NCBI GenBank assembly: GCA_009777475.1
Contig: WRLU01000001.1
Coordinates: 87,608-151,607, forward strand
From: Oscillospiraceae bacterium
GTDB taxonomy: Bacteria; Bacillota; Clostridia; Oscillospirales; UBA929
DNA length: 64,000 nt
Reading direction: 5' to 3'
Part shown: in pieces, positions 47,681 to 57,562 of the stretch
Position numbering within the stretch: position 1 is the stretch's first letter
Layout: every line of letters starts with the position of its first letter
Position numbers and translations under genes: made by a program
Notes under the pieces: generated by a model
Database searches by the model: none
What the model saw: the letters and a program-made list of their open reading frames with translations, nothing else
What the model was told of the DNA's origin: nothing

Positions 47681-48292
47681 TCATTTCTTTCGAGCATAGA
47701 TTACGTCCATAGCGTGTTGATGGGGAACACCAGACGAATCACAATCAAAAATATATTCGGAGAAATCTTCTACAAGCCAGTCATGGTAAAAGGCCAGCAA
47801 TTGACCCGAATGCCAAAGATGAGCGTTTTCTTCCTTTTCGGGTGCAGGAGCGATAAATGGCTTTTCAATAAACACATTCAATGCGTTGATTCCGTTTTCG
47901 TTTGTGTGGCTTTGATAATCCTTGAATATTTCATCACGCAATCCTGGCTTGATATAGTGCAAAGTTCCGCTGGAATAGAGAATATCATAGCTGACATCCA
48001 GCCTATAATCGCAAATATCTGCCTGAAATATATTGACATGCACACCGGCATTTTCGGCAAGCCGTTTTGTTTTCTCAACGCCGGTATTGGATATATCAAA
48101 AGCACTGACATCATAACCGCAGCGAGCAAAGAATACAGCATCTTTCCCTTCGCCGCAGCCTATGTCCAGCACTTTCAAATGCTCACCTGGCGGCAAAAGG
48201 GAGATAACTCGCAGGCACATCTGAGAAGGGGCTACTCCCCAATAATATTCCTGTGTGCCTTGGTATGCGTTTTCATAGTATTTGTGTTTCAT
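47681..48292 (-). CDS. class I SAM-dependent methyltransferase (TehB-like)
   Basis: VLDIGCGEGKD motif I and SAFDIS motif II. 203 aa. Confidence 0.85.
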   Translation of the reverse strand: MKHKYYENAYQGTQEYYWGVAPSQMCLRVISLLPPGEHLKVLDIGCGEGKDAVFFARCGYDVSAFDISNTGVEKTKRLAENAGVHVNIFQADICDYRLDVSYDILYSSGTLHYIKPGLRDEIFKDYQSHTNENGINALNVFIEKPFIAPAPEKEENAHLWHSGQLLAFYHDWLVEDFSEYIFDCDSSGVPHQHAMDVIYARKK

Positions 48293-48525
48293 ATTTCCTC
48301 CCCTTTCAACTCGTCAATTCCAAGCTTATGAAATCTCTTTATAATTTTATCTTGTATTATTTCACATCCCCTGCCCACGATATGTTTGAGTGCGTCTATT
48401 ACCATCAAAGCACCGCCGTCAACATAGCCCAAACTGCTCAGGGACGAATGCACTTCCAGCATCATTCCCGCTGTAACACCCAATTGCATGAGACCGTTTT
48501 CTATTTCGATTTTCGTCATAGACAC
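48289..48525 (-). pseudogene. duplicated 5' fragment of the AAC(3) gene, fused out of context
   Basis: The first ~52 residues (MSMTKIEIENGLMQLGVTAGMMLEVHSSLSSLGYVDGGALMVIDALKHIVGRG) mirror the full gene. They are followed by unrelated sequence ending in an ATGA-type overlap with the methyltransferase. Confidence 0.7.
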
Positions 48526-48540
48526 AGCACAATTCAGCTC
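48366..48540. repeat. direct repeat copy B
   Basis: Matches 47501-47675 (see copy A). Confidence 0.8.
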
Positions 48541-48596
48541 CCGGACGCAATATTTTCAACACAGTCAGACCTCTTTGGCTGCTTCGCTGCCGGCGA

Positions 48597-49052
48597 TTAG
48601 CAACAGCCGTCTGCTCCGGAACACGCTGAAGGGTTTTGTTCAGATTTTACAGATTCGGCATTGACTTTGTAATGCTCTGGATATAGGCCAATTGCCGTAC
48701 CGCAGCACTCCTTCACACAAAGACCGCATCTTGTACACTTGTCATAGTCAATGATAATTCTGCCGTAAGGCGTACCACCGCAGCTATACAATGGATCGTT
48801 ATTCACGCTCTCACAACCGCCCGCACAGTCGCAACCGGCACGATAACCATCCGCAGACATTGGTGTCAATCCTAACGCTTCACGTTCATTGCAGTTGCAG
48901 TTCAAAGTCTTGTCCATAATAGGCTCGTCTGCCTCAATGTAGCTGACAGCATCCACAGGGCAACACTTAATTGCGGTACAGACGTTTCGGCTCGCAAAGC
49001 ATCTTTTCAGGTCTACTACTGGTTTCAAACGAATCCCTCCAAAAAATCCCAC
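48597..49052 (-). CDS. Cys-rich 4Fe-4S ferredoxin-domain protein
   Basis: CTRCGLCVKEC cluster motif plus a second CxxxxCC-P-like motif. Additional Cys-rich middle region and C-terminus. Confidence 0.6.
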   Translation of the reverse strand: MGFFGGIRLKPVVDLKRCFASRNVCTAIKCCPVDAVSYIEADEPIMDKTLNCNCNEREALGLTPMSADGYRAGCDCAGGCESVNNDPLYSCGGTPYGRIIIDYDKCTRCGLCVKECCGTAIGLYPEHYKVNAESVKSEQNPSACSGADGCC

Positions 49053-49061
49053 TTCCTTACT

Positions 49062-49610
49062 TTAACATTGCTCAAATGTCAATTGCATACTTTTTGCTGT
49101 TGCTTTACTTGCAGCTGCATATCCCGGTGTTGATCTTATGTGAACGGCAAAATCATCAGCGTTATTAAATTGACTGCTCCAATTATCGTATGCTTTTATT
49201 TTTGAAAATGCAGATGGTTCAAATATCAACCTAAGGCTTAGCTGATAGGGTTCATCTCCAAGAGGTTTAGAAACTTGCCGCGTAATGTCAAAGCTGAAAT
49301 GCTCATCGTTTTCATCACCCCAATCATAAACACCGTATTGGCAGAGCAGCATATCATTGAGTGTTTCAGAATAGTCAATGCCCTCAACCTCAATTTCCTT
49401 AAAAAGCGTGATAGCAAGGTCAATAAGCTCATCAGCACTCAAAAAGTCCCTTTCGCCGATAGTCTTACGATATTCGTTTTCCAAATCATAAAATGCAGTT
49501 TTCATTTGGAAATCCTCTTTTCTTCTGTCATTATCGAAAACGCCTGTCTTCAAGCAAGAACAAAGGCACATAATCATTGCAAGCAAAACAAAAATTATTA
49601 TTTTCTTCAT
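49062..49610 (-). CDS. hypothetical lipoprotein
   Basis: Signal peptide with a lipobox-like LCSC. No family recognised. Confidence 0.55.
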   Translation of the reverse strand: MKKIIIFVLLAMIMCLCSCLKTGVFDNDRRKEDFQMKTAFYDLENEYRKTIGERDFLSADELIDLAITLFKEIEVEGIDYSETLNDMLLCQYGVYDWGDENDEHFSFDITRQVSKPLGDEPYQLSLRLIFEPSAFSKIKAYDNWSSQFNNADDFAVHIRSTPGYAAASKATAKSMQLTFEQC

Positions 49611-49948
49611 TTCCGTTTTCTCACCTTAGGTTTGACCAAATCGTAGCTGCTGGCAATCATTTGCATCAACTCATCCTCAGGTACATCCCCGCCAACAACA
49701 ACCGTATTCCAATGCCGCTTGTTCATGTGCCAGCCGGGGCGTACATCCTCAAACAGTTGCCGTAAAAAATCGGCCTCATCGGGATCACATTTAAGGTTGA
49801 TAGACAGTCTTCCGTCTGTTTCTCCGACCAATGCAAACATTTTGCAGTTTCCGCTGTGCTTGATGACCGGCGTTACGTTGTCAAACGGATAATCTTCATA
49901 TGCACCAGGGAGGGTTAGGCAGAAGTCGATTAGGTCTTGTCGGGTCAT
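49607..49948 (-). CDS. MmcQ/YjbR-family protein
   Basis: MTRQDLIDFCLTLPGAYEDYPF N-terminus is typical of YjbR. ATG 49948 follows AGGAAGGAAGG. The ORF track starts at 49978. Confidence 0.75.
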   Translation of the reverse strand: MTRQDLIDFCLTLPGAYEDYPFDNVTPVIKHSGNCKMFALVGETDGRLSINLKCDPDEADFLRQLFEDVRPGWHMNKRHWNTVVVGGDVPEDELMQMIASSYDLVKPKVRKRK

Positions 49949-50015
49949 ATGGAGAGCCTTCCTTCCTGATATTTTCAAATCAAATAATTGTTTTCCCTGT
50001 TTTCGTGCTTTCCTA

Positions 50016-51041
50016 TTATCTCAAAGCTATAACAGCAATTTCCGGGCGGTTGAAAACCCTAGGTACCGCCCTTGTGGATTCTCTCGCTAATCCACGGCTG
50101 ACTATCATTGTCGTATCGCCAAAGGAGTATTTGCCATTCGTGTATTTAGGAAACAAACCTTGATTCGGTGCCAACAAGCCATTTTCAAGAAGTACAGGCA
50201 ACCGCCATTGTCCGCCGTGTGCGTGACCCGATAAAACAAGGTCTGGTTTAAGCGGTAAGAGTTCGCCTATGCGTTCCGGGCGATGCGACAACAGTATCGT
50301 AAACAATTCATTATCGGCGGATTCTTCGTTCAAACGGCTGATTTGTTCAGCATAGGGCATGGAGTGGCTTGCGTATCTGTCGGTATCAGGGTCGTCTGTG
50401 CCGCTTATGCGGATTCTCTCGCCGTCAACCTCCAATATTTCACTCGTCCCCTCCAAAACTTTAACATCGCATGATTCAAGGATAATCTTGTAATCATCAG
50501 CCTTTCCGCTCCAAAACTCGTGATTGCCGGAAACGTAATAGCATGGATACTTGCTAGAAATGTCTTCAATAAATTCTACCGAATTTTCCGGCGGCAAGTC
50601 ATCATCGAAAATATCTCCGCAGAGCAGAATGGCATCCGGACGTTCTATATCAATGGCGTTAATCAGTTCATTTTTCCCATCTCCGTAATAGCATGAGTGC
50701 AGATCGGCTGCAAGTATCAACTTGATTTGACCTTCGATTTTATCGGCTTCAAAATCAAAACGGCTGACCGACAGGCCTGAGTTGAATACGAACACGATGA
50801 TTACAACTTGAAAAAATATGATAAACGGTACCCCGACCATAAATTTTTTGTGGCGTGTCTTATGCCGAACAGCAAGCATCGTAAACAGCATTGCCGCCGA
50901 ACCGCCGAGTACAGAAATGGCGAGAAGCGTCCGCTCTTTTATTCGCCGCGCATTTTTTCTTGCGGCGTTCTTATCACAGACTGTTAGTATAACCGCAAGA
51001 AGGCTGATGGCAGCTAAGTAAATCAGGTTATATAAGTCCAC
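50016..51041 (-). CDS. membrane-anchored metallophosphoesterase (DUF1294-like N-terminus)
   Basis: TM N-terminus, then the calcineurin-like motifs DLHS, GDIFDD, GNHE and GHAHGGQ. Confidence 0.85.
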   Translation of the reverse strand: MDLYNLIYLAAISLLAVILTVCDKNAARKNARRIKERTLLAISVLGGSAAMLFTMLAVRHKTRHKKFMVGVPFIIFFQVVIIVFVFNSGLSVSRFDFEADKIEGQIKLILAADLHSCYYGDGKNELINAIDIERPDAILLCGDIFDDDLPPENSVEFIEDISSKYPCYYVSGNHEFWSGKADDYKIILESCDVKVLEGTSEILEVDGERIRISGTDDPDTDRYASHSMPYAEQISRLNEESADNELFTILLSHRPERIGELLPLKPDLVLSGHAHGGQWRLPVLLENGLLAPNQGLFPKYTNGKYSFGDTTMIVSRGLARESTRAVPRVFNRPEIAVIALR

Positions 51042-51186
51042 GGCTTCCTCCTATTATTTCTTTGCCTTATATATATGGGCAACACAGCCGCCACAATCGC
51101 AATATGTTAGCACAGTCCCCTCTTCTTACTTGCTCGTAGTTCCTTTCAACGGATTTCAAAACAATTTTCGAGCTAATCCAGCAGAT

Positions 51187-53778
51187 TTATATACTTTTCT
51201 CAAGCATCTCCCTCACTGCCGCGAATGCCTCAGGTATCTTGCATTTATCCTTGCCTCCGCCCATGGCACTATCGGGTCTGCCCCCTCCTGAACCGCCGCA
51301 TACTTTCGAGGCAAGGCTGACTATGACACCTGCTTTGACACCTTTGGCAACCGATTCTTTTCCGCACACGGCTAAAAATGTAATCTTATCTTCTGAATTA
51401 GCTGCAATCAATGAAACAACGTTGGGGTTTGCGTTTTTTATATGGTCACCCATTGCACGCAATATGTTTATATCGGTGTTTTCTAGACTTTCTGCAACAA
51501 ACTCAAATTCCGCTATTTTTTTCGCCGTTAAGAGGGCGGCATCTGCTTTTATATTTGCAATCTTTTGGCGCATGGCATTGTTTTCATGGGTTAAGCTGCG
51601 TTGCTCAGATAACAAAAGCTTTACACGATCCCTCAGTGCCGCTGGAGTGGTCTTCAGCACTGCAGCTACTTGATGCAGCTTGTGTACGAAATACTCCATC
51701 CTTTCAAAAAATGCTTGTCCAACATCGGCCTCAATCCGGCGTACTCCTGCCGCTACCGAACTGTCGGCAGTGAAGAAGAATGAGCCTGCCAAAGCGGTAT
51801 TGCTCAAATGAGTACCGCCGCAAAGCTCTGAAGAGTAATCCCCTATTTTAACCACACGCACGATGCTGTCGTATTTTTCTCCGAACAGGGCTACTGCCCC
51901 TTGGGCTTTGGCTTGCTCTATGGGCAGCAGCTCTGTTACAATTTCAAGCCCCTGTAAAATACTCTCGTTAACCTTCCTGTTGATTTGGGAAATTTCTTGG
52001 TGGGTTAAGGCTGAAAAGTGGGTAAAATCAAACCGTATTCTGTCAGGCTCAACTAAGCTTCCGGCCTGACCAACCTGCTCCCCTAAAACCTCCCGCAAAG
52101 CCTTGTGCAGCAAATGGGTTGTGCTGTGTGCCCTCATTATTGCCCTGCGGCGGGAGCGGTCAACCTTTGCCGTTGCCTCATTGCCGGGAGATATTTCTCC
52201 TGAAATAAGCTCCCCTAAATGTAAAACTTTTCCGTCAGGTGTGCTTTTCACAGCATCTACCCTGAAAACTCCGCCCGGGGCTTCTATAAACCCAGTGTCG
52301 GCAACCTGACCTCCGCTTTCGGCATAAAATGGTGTTTGCTCCAATAAAACAATCGTATTATCAGCAGCAACAGCCAAGATTTCAGACACATCTTCTAATC
52401 TATCGTAGCCTGTAAACTTGGTTTTAATGCTGTTATCCAATCCAAGATCTACCGATGCCCAGCCGGTATTGTTAAGCTCAGCACGAGCATCACGCGCTCT
52501 CTGCCTCTGGGCATGAAGCAATGAATCAAAGCTCTCTCTGTCAAGAGTTAGATTATGTTCGCGCAGAATTTCCAGGGTTAAGTCAACCGGAAAACCAAAA
52601 GTATCATACAGCTTAAATGCTATACTGCCCGGGAATACACCATTTTTAGCTTTCTTCAGTTCACCGGTCAGAAGCTGCATTCCGGCGTCAATGGTGGAGG
52701 CAAAGCGTTCCTCTTCAACAGCGATAACCTTGCGGATATACTCTTCCCTCTCTCCAAGCTCGGGATATGCTTCCCGGCTTTCTGCAATCACCGTTTCAGC
52801 CAGTTTCTCTAAAAACAGGCTCTCTATGCCAAGCAACCGCCCATGCCTTGATGCTCTCCTCAAGAGCCTCCTTAACACATACCCCCTGCCCTCATTAGAG
52901 GGTAGTACACCATCGCAGATTAGCATAACTGTAGAGCGGATATGGTCGGTTATAACACGCAGGGAAACATCTGATTTTTCATCTCGGTTATATTCAACTC
53001 CGGATATTTCGCTGGCACGTTTGCGTATGCGTGTAATGGTATCGACTTCAAAGAGGTTGTCAACACCCTGCACGATACAGGCAAGTCGTTCAAGCCCCAT
53101 TCCTGTATCAATATTTTTCTTGGTCAATGGTGTGTAATTACCCTCGCCATCGTTATTGTACTGAGTGAAAACAAGATTCCAAAACTCTACATACCGGTCA
53201 CAGTCACAACCGGGCTTACAGTCGGAACTGCCGCAACCGCGTGAGACTCCGTGATCGTAATATATCTCGGAGCAGGGACCGCAGGGACCCGAGCCTATTT
53301 CCCAAAAATTATCAGACTTACCAAGCCTAATCATATGTTCGGGGGCTATGCCTATTTCATTAACCCAAATATCCCATGCCTCATCATCGTCCAGGTAGAC
53401 GGAGATAAACAGCTTTTCGGGCGGCAGCTGCATAACCTGTACGCAAAACTCCCACGCCCAGGCAATAGCGTCTCTTTTAAAATAATCGCCGAAAGAGAAA
53501 TTACCCAGCATTTCAAAGAATGTGCCGTGACGGCTAGTTTTCCCCACACGCTCAATATCCGGTGTTCGGATACATCTCTGACAGGTAGCCATACGAGGAG
53601 CGGGCGGGTTAGCCTCGCCTGAAAAATACGACTTTAGCGGTGCCATTCCAGAGTTTACTAGCAAAAGGGAGGGGTCTCCCTGAGGCACGAGAGGAAAACT
53701 CGGGGCGACAAAATGCCCCTTTCCCTCAAAAAATTTTAAATATTTTCTCCGAATTTCGTTTAGTCCTATACTGTGCAT
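51187..53778 (-). CDS. alaS: alanine--tRNA ligase
   Basis: 863 aa with the class II core, editing domain (HSTTHLLH) and DHHA1 C-terminus. Confidence 0.95.
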   Translation of the reverse strand: MHSIGLNEIRRKYLKFFEGKGHFVAPSFPLVPQGDPSLLLVNSGMAPLKSYFSGEANPPAPRMATCQRCIRTPDIERVGKTSRHGTFFEMLGNFSFGDYFKRDAIAWAWEFCVQVMQLPPEKLFISVYLDDDEAWDIWVNEIGIAPEHMIRLGKSDNFWEIGSGPCGPCSEIYYDHGVSRGCGSSDCKPGCDCDRYVEFWNLVFTQYNNDGEGNYTPLTKKNIDTGMGLERLACIVQGVDNLFEVDTITRIRKRASEISGVEYNRDEKSDVSLRVITDHIRSTVMLICDGVLPSNEGRGYVLRRLLRRASRHGRLLGIESLFLEKLAETVIAESREAYPELGEREEYIRKVIAVEEERFASTIDAGMQLLTGELKKAKNGVFPGSIAFKLYDTFGFPVDLTLEILREHNLTLDRESFDSLLHAQRQRARDARAELNNTGWASVDLGLDNSIKTKFTGYDRLEDVSEILAVAADNTIVLLEQTPFYAESGGQVADTGFIEAPGGVFRVDAVKSTPDGKVLHLGELISGEISPGNEATAKVDRSRRRAIMRAHSTTHLLHKALREVLGEQVGQAGSLVEPDRIRFDFTHFSALTHQEISQINRKVNESILQGLEIVTELLPIEQAKAQGAVALFGEKYDSIVRVVKIGDYSSELCGGTHLSNTALAGSFFFTADSSVAAGVRRIEADVGQAFFERMEYFVHKLHQVAAVLKTTPAALRDRVKLLLSEQRSLTHENNAMRQKIANIKADAALLTAKKIAEFEFVAESLENTDINILRAMGDHIKNANPNVVSLIAANSEDKITFLAVCGKESVAKGVKAGVIVSLASKVCGGSGGGRPDSAMGGGKDKCKIPEAFAAVREMLEKSI

Positions 53779-53794
53779 ACATTAACCCTCTTTC

Positions 53795-55246
53795 TTAGCC
53801 ATAGACCTCCGGATTGTTTTTCTTGATTTGCTCGTGTGAATAGCTGTCTGCTACAAACTTGTGAGTGCCGTCAACAGTAAGTGCGTAGAAGAAAATACCG
53901 GGCTTGTTTGCGGGGTAGAGAGCGGCACGCAACGCCTCGCTACCAGGAGAGCAAATCGGTCCAGGCGGCAACCCTTTGTTTTTGTAAGTGTTGTATGGGC
54001 TGTCAATATCCTTGCCTTTGGCAATATCCGCCTGAGTGAGTTCCTTGTCTTTATCCCGCCCGATTAGGTAAACCAGGGTACAGTCCATATCCAGGGTGGG
54101 AAATCGAGAATTTTTGAGACGGTTGTAAATAACTGCGGATACATCCTTCATTTCCGGCACATAGCCCGTTTCAAGCTGAATCATTGATGCAACGGTCATA
54201 ATTTCATGCAGGCTGTAAGGCTCTTCCTTGACGTGATTTCGCATGGAAGGGGTGAGCTTGCGGTCAAAGTTACGCAGGAGCTTTAAAATAACGCTATCGG
54301 GGCGTTCGTTGGTGTAAAAATCATACTTATCCGGGAAGAGGTATCCCTCCAAGCGTTTGTAATCGCCTGTGGGTATGGTTTTCAAAAAGGAAAAGTCAAA
54401 TTCATTTTCTGCCATGGTTTTTTCCAGCAACTCACGAGTGCTTACCCCGGCTTCCACTAAAATATCAATCGTTTCGTCAACATTTTTACCCTCGGGAATG
54501 GTAACCGCAACAACAACCTTATCAGAATGCTTGCGCAGATTCCTCAGAATTGCGTGATAATCCAGGTTTTTGGGGAGGTCATAAATACCCGGCTCAATAT
54601 CTTGGGAGGTTTCTGAGCGGTTTGCATAATAGCTGAACAGCCATGCGTGTTTAATTATTCCCGATTTTTTAAGTGTCCGAGATACCTCAGAAATGGTATA
54701 GCTGTCTTCGACCTCCACAGTTGCCTGCCCTTCCTGATCCATCAGAGCCAAGACATCATCGGCACAGCTCCAAACAAACAATGCCGTGAAAAAAGATACT
54801 GCCAAAACTGAAACGGTATATAAAACACCTCTTAGGCAACCCGTGTTTTCCTTTTTTCTTTTGGCGTATGCAACTCCGCGCTGACCCGGGGACGCTCCTT
54901 GGGTATTACGCCGGGGGGGATCCCGGTCGGGGCGGGCTGTGCCGGGTGCCGCGGAACGCTGATTTTGCATCGGATTGATTTTTTGGGTATGCTGCCCCTG
55001 GCCGGGTGCTGTACCCGGAGTCTGATTTTGTATAGGTTTAATCTTCTGGGTGTGCTGTCCCTGGCCGGGAGCCGGAACCCCTTGCGGACGCTTGCCCTGC
55101 CCTGGCACCGGATTCCTGTGTGCTTGCTGAGGATTGGCAGGGCGAGCCCCCCCTCCCTGATTAGGTCGGGGAATCTGCTTGCCCTGCCCCGGCCCAGGTG
55201 AGCCGGAGCCGTGTGGAGGTGGTTTGCGCTGCGGATCCTGAGGCAT
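53795..55246 (-). CDS. mltG: endolytic murein transglycosylase MltG (YceG-like) with long P/Q/G-rich N-terminal extension
   Basis: YceG domain (ASMIQLET, YNTYKNKGLPPGPI) after a TM segment. The N-terminal ~125 aa are low complexity with tandem GQGQHTQKI units. Confidence 0.9.
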   Translation of the reverse strand: MPQDPQRKPPPHGSGSPGPGQGKQIPRPNQGGGARPANPQQAHRNPVPGQGKRPQGVPAPGQGQHTQKIKPIQNQTPGTAPGQGQHTQKINPMQNQRSAAPGTARPDRDPPRRNTQGASPGQRGVAYAKRKKENTGCLRGVLYTVSVLAVSFFTALFVWSCADDVLALMDQEGQATVEVEDSYTISEVSRTLKKSGIIKHAWLFSYYANRSETSQDIEPGIYDLPKNLDYHAILRNLRKHSDKVVVAVTIPEGKNVDETIDILVEAGVSTRELLEKTMAENEFDFSFLKTIPTGDYKRLEGYLFPDKYDFYTNERPDSVILKLLRNFDRKLTPSMRNHVKEEPYSLHEIMTVASMIQLETGYVPEMKDVSAVIYNRLKNSRFPTLDMDCTLVYLIGRDKDKELTQADIAKGKDIDSPYNTYKNKGLPPGPICSPGSEALRAALYPANKPGIFFYALTVDGTHKFVADSYSHEQIKKNNPEVYG

Positions 55247-55257
55247 GAATAAAACTC

Positions 55258-55800
55258 CTATCGTTCTGATTCAAAAAGTCCGTTCCTTGTAACAACGAAA
55301 TCAACTGGGACATCCCATCCGTCCCGGGGGATAGAGGGCAGCAAAAAATCGTGGAAGCACAGCCCTATCGACACGCCCCATGTATACCTTAGATAGCGGT
55401 CATAATATCCGCGGCCCTTTCCTATCCGGTATCCCTGGCGGTCAAACGCCAATCCTGGAACTATAATAATTTCCGGATTACGCATAATGGGGGCATTTTT
55501 AGGCGGCTCAAGAATCCCAAAGAGACCCGGCGTAAGTTCTTCACGGCTTTGTATACAACGTGCTTTCATAGAACTGTCATTTTTACAAAAGGGAACACTC
55601 AAGGGGAATCCGTTTGCCAGACAAAAATTTATAATCTCCCATGTATCAGGTTCTGCGGGGGTGCTGCAATAACAAAATATCTTCATTTTTTTTCCATAAC
55701 ACTCAAGGTGCCTGATCATGTACCGGGATATTTCCGGTTCAGGTGTGGTTTGGGGCCTCATTAAAAGTTGCCGGCGCAACACATCTTTTTCTTTATCCAT
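55258..55800 (-). CDS. 5-formyltetrahydrofolate cyclo-ligase
   Basis: VPGLAFDRQGYRIGKGRGYYDRYL motif. ATG 55800 overlaps the stop of the upstream gene. The ORF track starts at 55848. Confidence 0.85.
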   Translation of the reverse strand: MDKEKDVLRRQLLMRPQTTPEPEISRYMIRHLECYGKKMKIFCYCSTPAEPDTWEIINFCLANGFPLSVPFCKNDSSMKARCIQSREELTPGLFGILEPPKNAPIMRNPEIIIVPGLAFDRQGYRIGKGRGYYDRYLRYTWGVSIGLCFHDFLLPSIPRDGWDVPVDFVVTRNGLFESER

Positions 55801-56382
55801 TAGCTTGAGACAATGAGCGGGATAATTGTCTCGCTGTCCTGGAGGCACATATCCTTGGCTATAAGAGAGGTGATCTTCTTGCCCTTTAAAAAAGTCACAA
55901 TATTAAGCCCAAAGTCAATTGCCGCACCCGGACCCCTTCCGGTTATAAGGTTTTTGTCTGTGTAACAGTGTGTGTTTTTCAATTTTCCGCCGCCTTTCTT
56001 GATTTTATCAGCAAATGTGGGGTAGCAGGTAACCCTGCGTTTTTGCAAAAGCCCCAAGTCGGCAAGAAGTGCGGGAGCGGAGCAGATCGCCGCAACCGGA
56101 GCCTCATTTGCAAAAGCATCCTTCAACATTTTGCATACAGCCTCGGATTTACTGAGGTTTTCAACTCCGCGCAACCCTCCCGGCAGAATCAGCATATCAA
56201 AACCGGCCTGGGGCAACTGGCCAATACCGATGTCGGCAGTGACCTCAACACCACGAGCCGAGGTCACGGTACCGCCTGTCACTCCAACAGTTTTGAAGAA
56301 CGATGTCTGCCCGGCGCAGAATATCTATAACCGCAACGACCTCCAATTCCTCAAACCCATCGGCTAAGAACATATATACCAA
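55800..56382 (-). pseudogene. DJ-1/PfpI-family protein with +1 frameshift in a homopolymer (or assembly error)
   Basis: The N-terminal 30 codons (MVYMFLADGFEELEVVAVIDILRRADIVLQ) are in one frame from TTG 56382. The rest (TVGVTGGTVTSARG...AAICSAP...) is in another frame. The switch is at T4 run 56291-56294. Confidence 0.65.
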
Positions 56383-56409
56383 GACGCACCCCTCCTTTTG
56401 CGATTGCGG

Positions 56410-57234
56410 CTAGTTATGCAGAAGATTGATATACAAACCCACATGTGAAAAGAAAATTTCCTCAATGGATTTTCCTCCGGGGCAAGCTGTTTTGTTGTTC
56501 CACGGTGCGCCTTTGTCAATTCCGTGACCCTGTAGGCCTATTTCAGGGAACATTCCGCAAAGCGTATCGGCTTTGGTCACTCGGACGCAGGCACTTAACT
56601 GATGCGGCATCTGGGGCAGGGCAATGGGGACCTGTTCTAAAACATGAGTACCATATCCCGCCTGATAGCCGTCATGGGTCAGATTAACGGTATATTCCCG
56701 CAAAAGCCTACGCCAAGCCCGGTCTGTACGTTCAACGCGGTTGGGGAAAGCCTCTTGGTACATACGGCTCAAATAGGGTATGTCTCCTTCTTTTGCGAAC
56801 TGACCCTGATGTGCCGGAGTGCATACATACCGATGTGCCAATTGCCTAAAACCGTGCTTGCTGTAGCAGGAAATCACCTGTTCGCTACAGGGTATGAGGG
56901 ATGCAATGGGTATATTCCTGAGATAGCACTCAAACATAGCCTGCTCTAAAAGCCACCCGGCATATCCCTGCCGGCGATAGTCCTGATGGGTTCCTATTCC
57001 GAAAAAATACCCCATGGCAACGCTTTTACCCATCAGCATGACGGCATGAATCTCCATGTGAAGCATGGAATATACCCTCTGGGAATCGGCAAAAACAAAG
57101 GTTTTTTCCGGACGGTAGGACAAATGAAAACAGCTTTCGTTTTCTTTGCCGGGAAAACAGTGCCGCCATAAGGCGAAAACATCATCCTGAGGCAAAGCCC
57201 GGCGTAATTTGGGGGCAATCTGCTTGAGTACCAT
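56410..57234 (-). CDS. GNAT-family N-acetyltransferase (Eis-like, two-domain)
   Basis: Acetyl-CoA motif RRQGYAGWLLEQA. 274 aa. Confidence 0.7.
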   Translation of the reverse strand: MVLKQIAPKLRRALPQDDVFALWRHCFPGKENESCFHLSYRPEKTFVFADSQRVYSMLHMEIHAVMLMGKSVAMGYFFGIGTHQDYRRQGYAGWLLEQAMFECYLRNIPIASLIPCSEQVISCYSKHGFRQLAHRYVCTPAHQGQFAKEGDIPYLSRMYQEAFPNRVERTDRAWRRLLREYTVNLTHDGYQAGYGTHVLEQVPIALPQMPHQLSACVRVTKADTLCGMFPEIGLQGHGIDKGAPWNNKTACPGGKSIEEIFFSHVGLYINLLHN

Positions 57235-57475
57235 GACTATTCTCTCTTTCGTTATTTACATGGGCACTGCACGAGGTGCCACACAATGTTAATTCTATCA
57301 CAATATAATTGCATTTGCAAGAGGCGGTTACTTTGGGTTTGCACTACTTTTTTTCAGCCAGGTATTTCGTATTAAACGTATTATTTGCCTCGTAATTGAG
57401 GATTTCGAGCCGCGAGCTCAAACAACGTGATGCATTGACCTATCGTTGAATTACGGCTGAATTAAAAAATTTTAG

Positions 57476-57504
57476 TTGACAAGGGAAGATAGGTATGTTA
57501 TAAG
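57476..57504 (+). promoter_or_regulatory. sigma-A type promoter of secG
   Basis: TTGACA (57476-57481), 17-nt spacer, TATAAG (57499-57504). Confidence 0.55.
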
Positions 57505-57562
57505 AATATACAGGTGTGCTTTCGCCCTTCGGGGCGTAATCTTGAAATGGAGTGTGAAAAAA

